Source: Candidatus Hodarchaeota archaeon (GTDB taxonomy: Archaea > Asgardarchaeota > Lokiarchaeia > Sigyniarchaeales > SOKP01). Taken from it: DNA of 64,000 bases. This document shows, piece by piece, positions 9,580 to 19,060 of this stretch. A program made the translations under genes and the position numbers. The notes under the pieces are model-generated. The model saw only the letters and a list, made by a program, of their open reading frames with translations, ran no database searches and was not told the DNA's origin. The stretch spans positions 192,001 through 256,000 of the forward strand of contig JBHLKM010000001.1 in the NCBI GenBank assembly GCA_048886685.1, read 5' to 3'. The first letter of the stretch is position 1, and every line of letters starts with the position of its first letter.

Positions 9580-10722
9580 ATGGTAAAGAGAGTATTAATT
9601 GCTTCGGAATCAGCATTTCGAAGAGATTTTCTTTCTGAAATGCTTGGGTCTCGTAAGGAGATATCGATAATTAATTCTGTAAGAAATGCTAAAGAAGCAA
9701 TTGATATAATTGAAAAAAAAAGTCTAGATGCTCTTATTTTGGATATTGAATTTGATAATAGTGAATGGGTTAACGACTTTTATCCCATAATCAAGAGCTT
9801 TCCAATTAAGACTATTATCTTGACTGATAAAAATCCGAATACGCTGGATTCTTATAAAATTCCTATTATTTTAAATTCTTATGATTATATTGTCAAGCCC
9901 GATGGCATTTGGAAAGATGAACTACCGAAGATTAGAGATAAAATAATCTCTAAAGTGTTAATGATTGATGTTCCGAAAATACATAAAATTGACAGTAAAA
10001 CAAGGCAAATAAACAAGGAAATTTTCATAAAACAAAGTCAGAAATCAAAGGTGGCAGGTATAGAAGATTCGAATAAAATAGTAAAACCTAAAATTGAATC
10101 CAGAAATGAAGAATATTTTCTAGACCTCTCACCAGTCAGCATTAAGAAATTAGACACCAGAGTTGTTGTCATAGGAGCTAGTGTTGGTGGACCCAGAACA
10201 TTAAGAACAATCTTCAGTGAAGTTCCTAAAGGATTTCCAGCGCCAATTTTAGTTGTTCAACACTTAAATCATCTATTTATGCGGCAACTTGTAACATCTT
10301 TAAGGGATATATGCAAAATGGATGTTAAAATTGGAATGAACTATGAAGAAATTCAGCCTGGGATAATATATTTTTCTCCTGGTGATAAACATATGCAAGT
10401 TACTGTTAAAAACGAAAAACCTTGCGTGAGAACCTTTGAAGGTGAACCTGTAAATTTTTGTAGGCCCTCTGTTGATGTACTTTTTTATTCTACAGCAAGA
10501 GTTTATAAAGAAAAAGCTCTAGGTATCTTGTTAACTGGTATGGGAAGAGATGGAGTTGATGGACTTCATGCAATTAAATCTAAAGGAGGAAAAACTATAG
10601 CAGAATCTGAAGAAACAAGTGTGTTATATGGGATGCCTAAAATTGCTGCTGAAACTGGTGCTGCTGATTTGATTGTACCAAATTATAAAATTGTCGAAGA
10701 AATAATTAACTTTGTGAAATAA
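9580..10722 (+). CDS. cheB: CheB-type protein-glutamate methylesterase with N-terminal receiver domain
   Basis: GASVGGP, VVQH, RPSVDVLF, LTGMGRDG, YGMP; Ser-His-Asp triad present. Confidence 0.85.
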   Translation: MVKRVLIASESAFRRDFLSEMLGSRKEISIINSVRNAKEAIDIIEKKSLDALILDIEFDNSEWVNDFYPIIKSFPIKTIILTDKNPNTLDSYKIPIILNSYDYIVKPDGIWKDELPKIRDKIISKVLMIDVPKIHKIDSKTRQINKEIFIKQSQKSKVAGIEDSNKIVKPKIESRNEEYFLDLSPVSIKKLDTRVVVIGASVGGPRTLRTIFSEVPKGFPAPILVVQHLNHLFMRQLVTSLRDICKMDVKIGMNYEEIQPGIIYFSPGDKHMQVTVKNEKPCVRTFEGEPVNFCRPSVDVLFYSTARVYKEKALGILLTGMGRDGVDGLHAIKSKGGKTIAESEETSVLYGMPKIAAETGAADLIVPNYKIVEEIINFVK

Positions 10723-10732
10723 TTAATCATAA

Positions 10733-12238
10733 TTAGACTTCTTTACTTCTTTTTAGACTTTTTATTATAAATCGAGAGCTAATTGTAATAATAGAGATTG
10801 CAGAAAATATTAAGATGATAACTATAAAATCATATCCCGAAATAAGGATGTCTGGAGGGCTTTCAACCAATTTTACTAGACATATATCATTACCCCCTGC
10901 TCCAAAGCTTTTTGTAAAACCGGAAATATATATGTTTCCTGAAAAGTCCAAAGCTATGCTAGTTGCTACATCATTTTCATCTCCACCCCAGTTAGTGTAA
11001 GAAATTAAAGAACCAAAACTGTTATAAATTAAAATTGTCATATCAGCCCGAGATGTTATAGGCAGTATTACATTTCCTGCAAGATAAATATTATCTTTTG
11101 AATCAATTGTAATATCAACGAATTCATCATAGTTATATTTATCCCAAGTTTGGTTCCACAATCTTACACCTAAATTATTATATTTTACTAAAAAAATATC
11201 AGACCATTCATCATCAGGACTGTTTCCCCTTACATTACCCCCGATATAAATATTATCAGAGGAATCTATAGCAATTTTCATAAAAAATACCCTCGGCGAT
11301 CTCCTCCATGTAGTGTTCCATAATTGGATCCCCGTAGGATCGTATTGCATCAGATATAAATCCATTTCATCGATACTATAGTTCGAAGATAAGATAAAAA
11401 GGTTATCTAAGGAATCAGTTGCTATTTGTGGAATTTGAGCAGCACCAATTCCTTCCATTGTATGACTCCATTGCAGATGACCGGTCATATTAAATTTCCA
11501 GATATGGAATTCCTCAGTGTCTGCCCCATTTAAAGTAGTACCGCTAATATAGATATCATCAACGGAATCAATTGTAATTATAGACTCACTAAGATCACTA
11601 ATATAACCCCATGTATGAATCCATTCCAAATCACCTGAACTGTTAAATTTTATTAATAAAATATTATCAGTTAGATCTGTTGTGTTTTCTGTCTTTCCTA
11701 AAAGATAAATGTTATTCATTGAATCTAATACTATTTCTGCTATGATTGAATCCCCATCTCCACACCAGATATAATCCCATTGTAAATCATCTGAACTGTT
11801 GAATTTTTTTAGATAAATTGCGTCAGTGTCTCCAGTAATGTTTCTCGTTCGTCCTGTTATATATATATTATTTTGTGAATCTAAAATAGCTCTACTGAAT
11901 GGGTTATCTCCTTCTTTTCCCCAGGAATAGTTCCATAGTAGTTCACCATTACTATTATATTTCAGTAGACATGGATAAGGCATTCCCGAACCATTAATAT
12001 AGCTAATTCCCGATAAATAGACATTATTCAATGAATCTATGTTTATTTCGATCCCTCTATCATCATGTGTATATCCCCATGTGCGAAACCAAGCAGTATT
12101 AAGTGAATTTGGTCCAGATATAAGAGGTTCATAATTCAAATTAGGATTATTAAATATTAAATTAGTTTCTTGGAGTAGTACACTGGAACACAAGCCAAAA
12201 ATAAATAGCATTAGAATATAGTTTCTATTAGATTTCAT
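10733..12238 (-). CDS. Secreted beta-propeller (SBBP-like repeat) protein with C-terminal membrane anchor
   Basis: Repeated IxxDSxNNIYxxG...LLKYNSxGxxxWxxTWG units; N-terminal signal; ISGY + TM + basic tail. Confidence 0.8.
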   Translation of the reverse strand: MKSNRNYILMLFIFGLCSSVLLQETNLIFNNPNLNYEPLISGPNSLNTAWFRTWGYTHDDRGIEINIDSLNNVYLSGISYINGSGMPYPCLLKYNSNGELLWNYSWGKEGDNPFSRAILDSQNNIYITGRTRNITGDTDAIYLKKFNSSDDLQWDYIWCGDGDSIIAEIVLDSMNNIYLLGKTENTTDLTDNILLIKFNSSGDLEWIHTWGYISDLSESIITIDSVDDIYISGTTLNGADTEEFHIWKFNMTGHLQWSHTMEGIGAAQIPQIATDSLDNLFILSSNYSIDEMDLYLMQYDPTGIQLWNTTWRRSPRVFFMKIAIDSSDNIYIGGNVRGNSPDDEWSDIFLVKYNNLGVRLWNQTWDKYNYDEFVDITIDSKDNIYLAGNVILPITSRADMTILIYNSFGSLISYTNWGGDENDVATSIALDFSGNIYISGFTKSFGAGGNDICLVKLVESPPDILISGYDFIVIILIFSAISIITISSRFIIKSLKRSKEV

Positions 12239-12395
12239 ATATTTTCACCTGAATCTTGACCTCTCAAATATCATAGTTTATTAAACCATCCTTAAATTTA
12301 AGTTTATTTAAAGACAAATAATTCATTCACTTTTTTAAGAAAAAATCAAGCTTTCTATATCGAATAAATTTTTTAACTATAGTCAATTTTAATAG

Positions 12396-12584
12396 GTGAT
12401 GAAAATAGAAATCAATGAAGAATTGAAAAGAGAAATTCTGAAATTGATCTCGACTCCCGGAATTCAAATTGAGGATATAGTCGAGCAGCTAAAAATAGAC
12501 TATGATATAATAATGAACTTCTTATCTGAAGAATACTTAAAGCATAATTTTGATCATGGTCGAAGACTCTGTTGCAGATTTTAA
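12396..12584 (+). CDS. Small HTH-like hypothetical protein
   Basis: GGTGA SD; EILKLISTPGIQIEDIVEQLKIDYDII helix-turn-helix pattern. Confidence 0.55.
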   Translation: MMKIEINEELKREILKLISTPGIQIEDIVEQLKIDYDIIMNFLSEEYLKHNFDHGRRLCCRF

Positions 12585-12654
12585 ATTATACTTTTTTTGA
12601 TAAAACTTTTTAACATTGATTTATTCTCTATCTCACTAAGTTTAAAAAAAGATC

Positions 12655-12755
12655 ATTCTAAGAAACTTAGGACGCAAATTAAAGCGGTTTCGATATATAT
12701 TAGATATTGAAATAAGTTACCATGATTTTAATCTCGCGTTCTTAGGTTTCAGAAT
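12655..12755 (+). promoter_or_regulatory. Structured RNA leader upstream of rpl11
   Basis: Nested stems 12662-12675/12736-12750, 12678-12683/12727-12732 and 12688-12696/12704-12712, with G-U pairs on the + strand. Confidence 0.55.
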
Positions 12756-12795
12756 ATTTTTTTAAACCATACTAATTGGATAAAAGTGAAATCAT

Positions 12796-13328
12796 ATGAG
12801 TACTAAAGGAAAAGTAACTGTTAAAGCCCTTGTGACCGGTGGAAGTGCGTCAGGTGGACCGCCTATTACATAAAACATATCGTTTTTGTGAATTTTGGCA
12901 AAGGTCCAGCAGTTGGTCCAACAGGAATAAATATCAAAGATGTTGTCGACGAAATCAACGCACAAACGATGGTATTTAAAGGCTTAACAGTACCTGTCAG
13001 GATAGAATGTGATCCAGAAACAAAACAATTTGAAATTTTTATTGAAACACCTTCCACAGCCTCATTATTACTTAAAGAAGCCGGTGTAGAAAAAGGAAGT
13101 TCAGCATCTTCGGAAACTAAAATCGGTAATCTCACAATTGACCAGATTATTAGCGTTGTTGAAGCAAAGAAAGATAGGTTTCTAGATAAAAATTTTAAAA
13201 AAGCTGTTAAAACAGTTTTAGGGACTGCCTTATCTGCTGGAATAACTGTTGAGGGAGAGGATCCCAGAGAAATTCAAAGAAGAATAGAAAGGGGAGAATA
13301 TGACGAAAAAATCAGGGGTGAATTATAA
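12796..13328 (+). CDS. rpl11: Ribosomal protein uL11, split: join(12796..12866,12902..13328), 165 aa
   Basis: Exon 1 MSTKGKVTVKALVTGGSASGGPP(I) + exon 2 GPAVGPTGINIK...TPSTASLL; upstream of rpl1. Confidence 0.9.
12867..12901 (+). other. Putative 35-nt BHB/BHL-type intron in rpl11
   Basis: In-frame TAA at 12871-12873; exon helix TGGACC/GGTCCA; central helix GCCT/TGGC; bulges AT|T and AA|A; removal gives CCT-ATA-GGT-CCA. Confidence 0.8.
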
Positions 13329-13330
13329 AA

Positions 13331-14059
13331 GTGAAAGTAGATGATAAATTGTTAAGAAGATCTTTAAATGCAGCTATAGATTTTTCAGTAATTAAAAAGG
13401 AGGGATTTAAAGATAAGATACGAAAATTCGATGAATCTATTGATCTTATCATTAATATTAAAGATGTTAATCTAAACGACCCAAAAAATAGAATTGATAA
13501 AGAAATTATCCTTTCGAACGAAGTAATTACAGAGAATAAACCTAATATATGTGTTATTGCTTCTGACGAAATATTACTCGAAGCAAAAAAGATTGGTGTT
13601 GATACTCTTGATTTAGATGGATTAGTTAAACTAAATAACGAAGAAAAGAAGTATAAGAAGAAATTTGCCAAAAAATATGAGTATTTTGTTGTCGAAGATA
13701 AAATGATGCGTGATGTCGCTCGTTATTTAGCAAGATTTCTTGGTCCTTTAGGTAAAATGCCAAAACCCTTCCCTACTGGCTATGGAATAATCTCTAGTCC
13801 GGATGATTTGAAAGTCGCCTTTGATAGGTATAAGAAGGTAATTCGTGTTCAAATGAAAAAACAACCTATCATTTTTGCAAAAATAGGAAAAAAATCAATG
13901 GAATTTGATAAATTATTTGAAAATATGAAAACGGTCGTAAATTTTATAGGAGATCAAATGCCACATAAATTCAATAACTTTAAATCGATATATTTAAAGT
14001 CTACTATGGGAAAACCAGTAAAAGTAACTGAAGATTTTTTAAAGAGTATAGAGGTGTGA
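13331..14059 (+). CDS. rpl1: Ribosomal protein uL1
   Basis: RKFDESIDLIINIK, LGPLGKMPKP, KSTMGKPV; operon context. Confidence 0.95.
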   Translation: MKVDDKLLRRSLNAAIDFSVIKKEGFKDKIRKFDESIDLIINIKDVNLNDPKNRIDKEIILSNEVITENKPNICVIASDEILLEAKKIGVDTLDLDGLVKLNNEEKKYKKKFAKKYEYFVVEDKMMRDVARYLARFLGPLGKMPKPFPTGYGIISSPDDLKVAFDRYKKVIRVQMKKQPIIFAKIGKKSMEFDKLFENMKTVVNFIGDQMPHKFNNFKSIYLKSTMGKPVKVTEDFLKSIEV

Positions 14060-14063
14060 AAAA

Positions 14064-14951
14064 ATGATCAAAAAACAACATATACCTCAATGGAAATTAG
14101 ATGAAGTTAACAATCTAGTTGAATTGTTTAAAACCTATAATAATGTTGCTGTTATAGAAGTTGCTCATATCAATGATAAGCAAATTCAGTCAATGCGTAA
14201 GATTTTAAGGGGGAAGGCGGTATTTCGTATGTCTAAAAAATCCCTACAACTTCGAGCGATAGAACAATACAAAAAAGAGTCAAAAAAAACAAATTTAGAT
14301 GAACTAGCAATACATATTCCTGGTCAATCAAGCCTAGTTTTTACGAATCTTGATCTAATAGAATTAAAGGAGATCTTCCATGACTACGAATGGATGGTTC
14401 CGGCAAAACCAAATGAAATCACATCTGTAGATATTTGGGTGCCTGCTGGAGATACAGGATTACCAACTGGTCAAGTTATTAGTGAATTGAATATGACTTT
14501 AAAACTCCCTACAAGAATAATGAATGATACAATACACATTCGAGAAGATACAAGAACACATAAAGCAGGCGATTTGGTTACTGTAAAACAAGCCGCCGTA
14601 CTAAAAAAACTGGGTATAACACCAATAGAATCATTGATTAAAATCCATTTTGCTTGGAGTGATGGAGAAATTATTCCAAAAGATATCCTATATATGGATT
14701 TGAACAAATTTAAACAGGATATCGCTACTGGATATAGGCAAGCACTCGCTATTCTCTTTGAAATGCCCGTTTTTGAAGAAAGTATGACTAAAGATTATAT
14801 TCGGAAAGCTGTTTCTGAAGCTAATACACTGGATGCGATGATATTTGGAGAGGGATTAGCGGTGTCTGCCGAACTTGAAACTAAAGTTGAAGAAAAAGAA
14901 GCTGAAGAAGAGCCCGAGGAAGAAGTTGGGATTGGAGGATTATTTGGATAA
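14064..14951 (+). CDS. rpl10: Ribosomal protein uL10 (P0)
   Basis: IPQWK, VPAGDTGLPTG, LKKLGITP; acidic tail ending GIGGLFG. Confidence 0.95.
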   Translation: MIKKQHIPQWKLDEVNNLVELFKTYNNVAVIEVAHINDKQIQSMRKILRGKAVFRMSKKSLQLRAIEQYKKESKKTNLDELAIHIPGQSSLVFTNLDLIELKEIFHDYEWMVPAKPNEITSVDIWVPAGDTGLPTGQVISELNMTLKLPTRIMNDTIHIREDTRTHKAGDLVTVKQAAVLKKLGITPIESLIKIHFAWSDGEIIPKDILYMDLNKFKQDIATGYRQALAILFEMPVFEESMTKDYIRKAVSEANTLDAMIFGEGLAVSAELETKVEEKEAEEEPEEEVGIGGLFG

Positions 14952-15026
14952 TTATTAAGATTTTTTTAAATTTCAATTAAAATTACAAATATAATGGTAA
15001 AAAAAGTATAAAAGAGGTTAGATAAT

Positions 15027-15314
15027 ATGGAAAGTATTTATGCTGCATTATTGCTTCACAAGGCTGGAGGAAAAATTACAGAGGCCAATGTAGAAAAGGT
15101 ATTAACTGCTGCCGGTGCGAAAGCCGATAAAACAGAAATTGCGAAATTAATTGCTGGCTTGAAAGGAACAAACATCGAAGATATCATTAAATCTGCTGGC
15201 ACTATGCCTGTAATGGCTGCTCCAGCTGCTGAAAAGAAAGAAGCAAAGAAAGAAGAGAAGAAAAAAGAAGAAGAAGTCGAAGAAGAGCCTACGGGGATAG
15301 GAAGTCTTTTTTAG
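15027..15314 (+). CDS. rpl12: Ribosomal stalk protein P1 (aL12)
   Basis: MESIYAALLLH, acidic hinge, GIGSLF C-terminus. Confidence 0.95.
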   Translation: MESIYAALLLHKAGGKITEANVEKVLTAAGAKADKTEIAKLIAGLKGTNIEDIIKSAGTMPVMAAPAAEKKEAKKEEKKKEEEVEEEPTGIGSLF

Positions 15315-15557
15315 AACTAAATGAAGCAACTATTTTTTTATTTATTTTTTTAAAATTTTTTTAAAAAATAGTATGTAATAGCTTGTTCTTAACCGGTCTA
15401 ATTTGAGGGAACTTGTTAAATCAAAAACTTTTTTTAAAATTCATATTTTTTTAAATTACTATTTAAAAATAAGAAACTGAAAAAAAACACCTCAGAAAAA
15501 CTTATTATAATATCTTTTAAAAAAGCTGCTCAAATAAACTCTCGTTGTTGATAAAAA

Positions 15558-17024
15558 GTGACTGGTAGATTTCTAAAATTCTTTTCACCGTTTGTAAGAG
15601 CAATGCCAGAAATTAAAAATCCTCAACGTGAGGTTTCTTTTAAAGAAAAGTTTATTTGGACTGCTGTCGTGCTCATCATTTATTTAATTATGTCAAATAT
15701 TCCCCTATATGGGATCGAAATTGGGGAATCAACAGATTATTTTTATTGGTTGCGGGTAATTCTCGCTAGCCAAAGAGGAACCCTCACAGAATTGGGTATA
15801 GGTCCTATTGTAACATCAGGACTTATAATGCAATTACTTTTAGGTTCTCGAATTATCAATGTGAATATGGCTGATCCATATGATAGAGCATTATTTAGTG
15901 GATCTCAAAAAGTTCTTGCTGTATTTCTAACAATCTTTAACGCTATTGCTTACATAATGGGAGGTGCTTTTGGTAGTTTATCAATAGATAGAGCATTTTT
16001 TGTTTTTTTCCAATTACTTTTTGCAGGAGTGGTTATAATCCTACTTGATGAAATACTTCAAAAAGGATGGGGACTTGGCAGTGGAGTGTCTTTGTTTATT
16101 GCTGCGGGTGTCGCTGGTCAAATCTTTTGGAACACTTTCAGTTTCATCGAGGGTCCAGATGGTATCCCAAGGGGAATTATTATAGCATTCTTTTCAGTAA
16201 TCTTTGATGGTGATCCTAATACCAACTTAGGAGATATTGTTGTAAGACAGCAACTTCCGTCATTATTAGGTATTATAACTACAGTTGTAATACTCGTTAT
16301 AGTCATTTGGTTTGAATCAACTCGCGTTGAGATTCCTCTTACTTATAGAGGCTATCGAGGATACAAAGGTAAATACCCCATGAAACTGCTGTATGTCTCC
16401 AATATCCCCGTGATATTGGTTAATGCGTTATATGCAAATATTCTGTTTTTTGGGCAGTTAATAGCCGGTCCCGAATCTGGCTTTCGTGTTAGAAACGGTG
16501 GACTTATTCCGGATTTTTGGGTTGATATACTTGGAGTGTTTAGATTAGAAGAAACGGGAGGGGGTATGGGAGGACAGTTAATACCAAAAGGCGGTTTGAT
16601 ATGGTTACTTACACCACCATTAGGAATAAATGATCTAGTCAACTATCCATTAAGAGCAGTAATCTATCTAATAATCTTTATTTTTCTATGTATAATGCTT
16701 GGAAGGGTTTGGGTGGAAGTAAGTGGTCTTGCTCCACGTGATATAGCTGGACAAATAATTGACTCTCAAATGCAAGTTCCTGGATTCAGAAGTTCTGAAA
16801 AAATTCTAGAAAGGATTTTAAAGAGATATATCCCCACTTTAGTGATTCTAAACGGAATATTAATAGCAGTATTGAGTTTCGGTGCAGATAGTTTGGGTGC
16901 ATTAACCTCTGGTACTGGACTTTTGATTGCCATTGGAATTATCCACCAATACGGGGAAACATTGGCTAAGGAAATGGCTGCGGCGCAATACCCAGGATTA
17001 AGAGGACTTCTTGGCATGGATTAA
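15558..17024 (+). CDS. secY: Protein translocase SecY/Sec61alpha
   Basis: GTLTELGIGPIVTSGLIMQLL, KGWGLGSGVSLFIA, YPMKLLYVSNIPVIL, SGTGLL. Confidence 0.97.
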   Translation: MTGRFLKFFSPFVRAMPEIKNPQREVSFKEKFIWTAVVLIIYLIMSNIPLYGIEIGESTDYFYWLRVILASQRGTLTELGIGPIVTSGLIMQLLLGSRIINVNMADPYDRALFSGSQKVLAVFLTIFNAIAYIMGGAFGSLSIDRAFFVFFQLLFAGVVIILLDEILQKGWGLGSGVSLFIAAGVAGQIFWNTFSFIEGPDGIPRGIIIAFFSVIFDGDPNTNLGDIVVRQQLPSLLGIITTVVILVIVIWFESTRVEIPLTYRGYRGYKGKYPMKLLYVSNIPVILVNALYANILFFGQLIAGPESGFRVRNGGLIPDFWVDILGVFRLEETGGGMGGQLIPKGGLIWLLTPPLGINDLVNYPLRAVIYLIIFIFLCIMLGRVWVEVSGLAPRDIAGQIIDSQMQVPGFRSSEKILERILKRYIPTLVILNGILIAVLSFGADSLGALTSGTGLLIAIGIIHQYGETLAKEMAAAQYPGLRGLLGMD

Positions 17025-17090
17025 TTTCCAAAATAATAAAGATTCTATCTATAAAGTTTAAAATGGTTTATAAATAATTCAAATATAGAT

Positions 17091-17693
17091 ATGATGTTTT
17101 TAATATTTGAAAATGTTTTTAAAGAATGGATTTCAAATCCCCCAGGCTCGATGTTTTTTGTGTTAATTTTAGCATTAACCACAGCATTAATCAGTGCAGG
17201 TTTGACAAAATGGTTAGTTGATACAGAAGAAATTGCCCGTAAACAACGGCAAATTAAAGGTCATGAAGAAGAAAAGGAAAAAATTATCGAATTGGCAGAA
17301 GTTGATCCTGAACGTTATAGAAAAGCGCGAAAAAGATGGGAACGTAAAGATGCAATGTTAAAGCAAACGCAGCAGAGAATGGCACTCCAGCGCTTAAAAC
17401 CAACTTGTGTAACTTTTCTTCCTATGATTATTATTTTTGGGGTCGTGAATGCTATTCTTAGAGGTGCTCACGTAGCACTAAGTCCTATGCATGCAAACGA
17501 TATACCACTTATAGGAACTCTTATAAGTGCTGGTCCAGTTTGGATAAATTTTACTGCTTGGTATTTCTTATGTTCTTTAGGAATTAATACACTAATTCAA
17601 AGAATCCTTAAGCTTCAAACCCAAGCATCAGGTGGAATGGGACAAATGATGGGTGCTAGTAAAGCAAAAACATTGGAATTTCCAGATGTATAA
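17091..17693 (+). CDS. DUF106 / EMC3-TMCO1 (Oxa1-superfamily) membrane insertase
   Basis: TM + coiled coil + KPTCVTFLPMIIIF + WYFLCS; conserved position after secY. Confidence 0.85.
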   Translation: MMFLIFENVFKEWISNPPGSMFFVLILALTTALISAGLTKWLVDTEEIARKQRQIKGHEEEKEKIIELAEVDPERYRKARKRWERKDAMLKQTQQRMALQRLKPTCVTFLPMIIIFGVVNAILRGAHVALSPMHANDIPLIGTLISAGPVWINFTAWYFLCSLGINTLIQRILKLQTQASGGMGQMMGASKAKTLEFPDV

Positions 17694-17789
17694 ATCTTTT
17701 CTAAAACGGTACTCTGAGAATTAATTCAAGACTTAATGAAATTAATTTATAGAATATTACTTTATTTTTTTTTCATAAAAATGAAGAAA

Positions 17790-17890
17790 CGCAGACAGAG
17801 GGATTCGAACCCTCGAGTGCATTCACACACTGGCTTTCTGGGAATATTTCCGCTCCAAGCCAGCGCCGTACCGGGCTAGGCAATGTCTGC
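17790..17890 (-). tRNA. tRNA-Ser(GGA) with 17-nt canonical 37/38 intron (17836..17852)
   Basis: GCAGACA/TGTCTGC acceptor; CTGGC/GCCAG anticodon stem; long variable arm; GTTCGAATC; BHB helix TTGG/CCAG. Confidence 0.92.
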
Positions 17891-18031
17891 ACAAAATCTA
17901 AACTAATTTTATTTCCTACATTTTCAAATAACAATTTAAAATTTTAATATTTTATCATAGAAATAAATGGAAAAGTGAAGAGAACATAAAAAAAAGAATA
18001 AATTAAAAAAAACCACATGAAAAAATGGATT

Positions 18032-18304
18032 TTACTTAAGAGGAATAGAAACAGTTTCCTTCATTTTTTTGTCTAATTTAGCTTTTTTAATAGCAGCTTC
18101 AACATCTTCATGATTAGCTCCTTTTTTGAGTTCAATTATTTCAGTTAATGGTTCAATGTGCTTATAATTAACTCTTCTTCTTCTAACGTTTAAACCATCA
18201 ATTAATAAATAATTTTTATCAATAACATCAACAATAATGCAATAGTGACCCGCTTCTCTTCCCATGCTCTTGACGCAGAGCCTTCCTATATCATAAACAC
18301 TCAT
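18032..18304 (-). CDS. rpl14e: Ribosomal protein eL14
   Basis: GRLCVKSMGREAG..C.IVDVIDKN, RRRRVNYKHIEP; ATG at 18304 (TTG at 18319 is an alternative). Confidence 0.93.
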   Translation of the reverse strand: MSVYDIGRLCVKSMGREAGHYCIIVDVIDKNYLLIDGLNVRRRRVNYKHIEPLTEIIELKKGANHEDVEAAIKKAKLDKKMKETVSIPLK

Positions 18305-18425
18305 ATAATTTGTCACCAAACTATTTTTATGGTTACTGGTATTGATAATTCCAGTAAATTATTACATTTATTAGTAAGTTAGTAAATTAATGAAAGAATA
18401 AATTATTTTTGATTTTTAGAAAAAC

Positions 18426-18968
18426 TTAACTAAATTTTTGTCCTCTTACTGCAGAAAGAATTTGTTCTAATACATCATCAATCGTTAAGGTTCCTGTATC
18501 TATAATCAAGTTATAGAGTTTTACTATTTTCTCTTCATCTTTCAAATCAATATTATAAAGTTTTTTATATCGATTTAATTCAGAATCTTCTCTCATTATT
18601 GTTTCTTTTAATTTTTCATCATATGATTCATTATCCCTTTCTGCCATTCTCTTAACTCGTATTTCTAATGGACATATTAATAATATTTTAAAGTCGGCAA
18701 TAGTTTCAAGAATGTAAGCACTTAGTTGACTGTCAATAATTATATTTCCTTTTTGAGCAATTTCAATAATTTTATGATCTAATTTTTTATCTATTTCAGG
18801 ATTATTTTCTACATATTCTGTGAACTCTTCTAGGGTTAAATTCATTTCATTCGCAAGATCTCTAAAAGCTTGTCCAGTACTATAATATCTGATTGCTAAT
18901 CTTTCAGCAACTAATCTTCCTATTGTGCTTTTTCCAGTTCCGTGAAGTCCAGATATTGTTAAGATCAT
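18426..18968 (-). CDS. cmk: Cytidylate kinase (archaeal)
   Basis: ISGLHGTGKST, S.G..FR; between L34e and L14e. Confidence 0.9.
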   Translation of the reverse strand: MILTISGLHGTGKSTIGRLVAERLAIRYYSTGQAFRDLANEMNLTLEEFTEYVENNPEIDKKLDHKIIEIAQKGNIIIDSQLSAYILETIADFKILLICPLEIRVKRMAERDNESYDEKLKETIMREDSELNRYKKLYNIDLKDEEKIVKLYNLIIDTGTLTIDDVLEQILSAVRGQKFS

Positions 18969-19060
18969 TATTATCTTAATTTAAGGAAATGATAATATTT
19001 CAAATCAATTAATGAAATTTTAGTAATTATATATAAGAATATGTTCAAATTAAAAAAAGA

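Noticed and set aside
12570-12584. C-terminal CCRF as a prenylation-like motif
   Set aside because: No supporting context; likely chance
12888-13328. ORF-track uL11 starting at GTG (MNFGKGPAVG...)
   Set aside because: The start lies inside the insert and omits the conserved N-terminal 24 residues encoded from 12796
18333-18357. Hairpin TTACTGG/CCAGTAA upstream of rpl14e
   Set aside because: A single 7-bp stem in AT-rich DNA is too weak to call
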